From NCBI RefSeq assembly GCF_001194135.2, contig NC_068994.1, positions 59,131,582 through 59,169,545 on the forward strand: 37,964 nt of DNA. The letters run 5' to 3'. Both the position numbers and the translations under genes were made by a program. Each line of letters starts with the position of its first letter. The first letter of the stretch is position 1. The notes beneath the pieces are model-generated. The model saw nothing but the letters and a program-made list of their open reading frames with translations. It was not told where the DNA came from and did no database searches. This DNA comes from Octopus bimaculoides. Its lineage: Eukaryota. Positions 34,440 through 37,964 of the stretch are shown here, piece by piece.

Positions 34440-34690
34440 TTATATCACATTACAATATAGATGTTATTGTTTCACTTTTGACAGATAATACCGAACCAGT
34501 CTGGGCCCGCATTAGGCAAAAAGTTGAAAATTTTTTTGGCCCACGACACTCCATGAAGTCTAAGTAGTGTATGTGTAAAATTTGATCGAAATTGGTTGGG
34601 TAGTTCTCGAGTTTTAGTGATGCACGTATATATAGATACAGACAGACAGACACGCATTCTCAGTTTCATACATATAGATATCTAATTTTT
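34440..34690 (+). mobile_element. Possible non-autonomous Helitron-like element, 3' part
   Basis: aaatttgatcgaaattggttgggtagttctcgagtttt...(ACAG)n...tatagat resembles Lep1-type non-autonomous elements; recalled similarity only. Confidence 0.4.
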
Positions 34691-34840
34691 TTACCCGCAT
34701 AATTGCCCCCACTTTCTCACTTTCTACACACACACACACACACATGGAGTTTTGGTAGGCTGTTATGAGCGGATGTTTCAAAGTCCTTCTTTGGAAAAAA
34801 AAAAAAGCTGTTGAAACCTTCCTGGATAGAAAGGACAGAA

Positions 34841-34859
34841 ANNNNNNNNNNNNNNNNNN
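34841..34859. other. Short assembly gap flanked by a 73-bp exact duplication
   Basis: 34768-34840 is identical to 34860-34932. Confidence 0.95.
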
Positions 34860-36199
34860 AGCGGATGTTTCAAAGTCCTTCTTTGGAAAAAAAAAAAAGC
34901 TGTTGAAACCTTCCTGGATAGAAAGGACAGAAAGTAGCGCATGCGGGAGGTGAGTTGCACAGGCGGTGAAGAGAAGTGGTGTGAGAGAGAGAGAGGAAGA
35001 GAGAGAAAGAGTGAGTGAGGCTATGTCTGTTAACGGTACAAACTGGAAAGAATGGAAGGGAGAGAGATCATAGGTAGGCGAGGTGAAGGGGGATTGTCAG
35101 CAAAAAAAAACAAACCCTCACGTATACTCACAATTCACCTGTAAATAGAAAGTCGGTCAGAAACAAAAAGTAGGACAAAGCAAAGTACAGTCAGACTTAA
35201 TGAGATACGCGAAGGAAAGAACAACACACACACACACGCGCGCACATGTATACATGAGATCAGTCACGCACACAAGCAATATATCACAGCAGTTTACCTG
35301 TAGGGATAGGACTCACCAGTAATCAAACGACACATATTATTAATAAATTTCCACTGGTGCTATCAAGCTATCTTAAAGATCGCGAGCAGGTGATATTATT
35401 TTTCTTTCCAATGTATCCCTCTTTATTCGAGACAGTAAGATGTGAATTTAAGGATAATTAGCTACTTCTTTCAGCATGATGAGAAAACACGTGAGCACTC
35501 ACGGAGAAACTAAAGTGTACCAAAAGTTGTTGTCAGTAGTTATTTAGTAACATGGTAGAAGTTTAAAGAAGGTATTTAAAAATATATTTATATTATTCCC
35601 TACCCTACCCAGTTTCCAATCGCTAAGCTACGATAAAAGTTTTTAAAATTCTGAGTCACGGATCCAAGATTTAAATGTTATCGACTCACGCAACTAATAC
35701 ACTTCCCTAAACATAGTGCAGGATGACAAAAAGAATATGAAGGAAAATGAAGCTAGGAATGTGCACAAATAACTCGGTGATCCTAAGTGAAACTGCTTCA
35801 CCCTTTCGATACAAACTGCCTGAAACTGTGCCTAGTTTTATGATATTGTCGCTGCTTTTGGTCGTTGGTCGGGTCTGTTGTGGTGATTGGTTGAGTTGAT
35901 AAATGAAAACATATTTCTTGAGCTGCGTGTGGAAGTAACTGAACAACACCCGGGAACACTTAACGGAAGATTTTCTTATCGGACGCAAAGGACAAAACTG
36001 CATTCGTCTTTAACAGATAACAGCAATAATTACAAACAGAGAGAGAGAGAGAGAGAGAGATTCTGCTTGGAGTTTACAGCAAGCTATAGATATGGCATTC
36101 TGCGGTTTGCCCAACATAAATAGAAACAATTGCATTACATTCATGGCGTCGGAGGTTCCTGTCAAGAACCATCTGCCTTAGCCGCCTTTCTGGCCCAAA

Positions 36200-36277
36200 A
36201 ATGTGCTAGATGGGAATCGAAACTGCGATCCTACGGCTGCGAGTCCGCTGCCTTAACCATTGGGCCATTGCACCTCC
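36200..36277 (-). mobile_element. tRNA-derived SINE head
   Basis: Reverse complement ggaggtgcaaTGGCCCAATGGttaaggcagcggactcgcagccgtaggatcgcaGTTTCGATTCCC. Confidence 0.75.
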
Positions 36278-36588
36278 AGAGAAATATGGTTACATAAGGG
36301 TTAAAAGTAAGTTATAATAGATTTCTGTCTTCATTTCTCAACAGAATTAATTAGTTCAGTTTTGAAGACATTTCGTATAATGACAAACAACCAAAAATGT
36401 AACAATTATGCAAATTAACAACACTAAAAAAAAAAAAGAAAAAAATGAATAAAAATGTTATTTGATTGTTTGCAGGAGGGGAAATTATGAATTCCTGGAT
36501 GGAGTTGTAGATTTGTCCCAATTGTTTATTGATTTCACTTAATCGGGATAGCTAAATTTATTTTTGTACATTCTCGGCTTTACTTTAA

Positions 36589-36801
36589 CCCTTTAGTATT
36601 TAAATCCATCAAATCCGGCCAAAATAATCTTCCTGTTTTATGTTCAAACTAACCAGGTCTGACCTCTGACACCTATTCGACAATATCATTCTAAAGGTAA
36701 ACAATCACATCATCGAAATCTTGAAGCTTCGAGAAAACAGATTCAAAGCAATGTGAATGAATAAGAATTACATTTGACCAAGCAGTCTGAATGCTAAATG
36801 G
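36589..36801. mobile_element. piggyBac-like MITE, 213 bp
   Basis: TTAA|CCCTTTAGTATTT ... GAATGCTAAATGG|TTAA; TTAA at 36585-88 and 36802-05. Confidence 0.75.
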
Positions 36802-37964
36802 TTAAATCCTCCACTGATATACGGTGAAAGCGGAAGATTGCCTCTGTTATTTACGAAGAGAAGTCACCATAGCTTGCCTGATTATCAACATCAGTCAGTG
36901 AATAAACAGTTTGAATGGATGTATAATGAATTGATAATCAATCATATCGATTTTAGAGAAGAAGAAACAAGAACATTGCCAACAGATGGAGATAAATAAA
37001 ACTCACATCAGGGAACAAGCAATTTACAGACTACTTCTGCGACCCAACATTTCCATGAGACGAAAACAAATAAGGCCACACCTGAGAAGAGAAACGCATT
37101 GGAATCTCGCTTCTGCAAGTCAGTAATCCCAGGAGAATGGTATAAATAGAGACACACACGAGAAGAGAAACTGGATTGTCAACTTGGTTCATCCTGAACT
37201 CATCTTCTACTCCTTCTTTATAATAAAAGCACCAGTTATCTTCATGGGATTTTCTAACATTGTCTATTTCATAATCAAAACAAGGGAGAAAAAAAATTAA
37301 TCTTCGGAAAAAAAAAATGAGAAAAAAATAAAACTTCCATTACGAATATCAGCAACGAACCAAAAACCTGAATTCTTCAAATCGCAATGAATCAATAATC
37401 TTTTATTCATAAATACGATGTGAAGAAATTTGATAAGAACCAGTGGTCGTCTGCTGCCAGTAACCTTTAAAAGTAAAGTTGTTATTTTAAACGTAAATAT
37501 TGTTGGTTGAGTTTTCGATCTCAGTGTGAGACAATCGACTCAACTGTTTCATGAAACATGTTTCAAATGTTTCAAAGTCATTTGGATTCCGTTGTTTAAG
37601 ATTAATTAATGCTTTATTTTAATTGAGCAGAAGTCCGGTATATTTTGAGTAGGAGGAGGTGTTATATGGACTGTTAGATATGTAATTCGTCTGACGTTCC
37701 GTGTGTCATGTGGTTCGTCTGAGTTCATTGTTTCATTGTTGTTGTCTTGTGGGACTGTCGTAGTAAAATGTCATTGATATATATATGGCGGACATGACTT
37801 TTGTTTATTCATAACGAACATTGGGTGAGTGCGTTCTTTGTATGTAATTGAACAATAAATGTAATAATTAAATTGTATAACTCGTTATGTTATCTCTACG
37901 AGTCATCCGAGGGAAACATAACAGGAGGAAATGTGGATTTGCTTTTTGGATTCTTAGTCACAAT

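Noticed and set aside
37141-37230. TATAAATA followed ~80 nt later by AATAAA, as a solo LTR
   Set aside because: No TG...CA boundaries or TSD could be identified, and both motifs are common in AT-rich DNA.

Overview
AT-rich, microsatellite- and transposon-dense eukaryotic genomic DNA with seven N gaps. The SINE/RTE repeat content looks like an octopus (coleoid cephalopod) genome; this is an inference. One host protein-coding gene is supported: a minus-strand sphingolipid delta(4)-desaturase family (DEGS1/DES1-like) gene. It has two coding exons (24246-23786 and 20457-19866; 1053 nt, 350 aa) and all three histidine boxes. It is divergent next to those boxes, has a ~21-aa N-terminal extension and lacks the Gly2 myristoylation site. 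A splice acceptor 8 nt upstream of the ATG implies an upstream exon, and a CCAAT-box cluster with a strong donor site near 32.0-32.3 kb is the best candidate. The rest is decayed mobile DNA: a Penelope-like RT/GIY-YIG element, RTE LINE pieces, an R4/Dong-like RT, a Gypsy gag relic, two mariner relics, tRNA-derived SINEs and MITEs with intact TIRs/TSDs. Unexplained structure includes a degenerate minimal hammerhead ribozyme, three long hairpins and a five-hairpin cluster. All family calls come from motif recognition by eye; no database search was run. I see no clear evidence for a wholly new multi-gene system.
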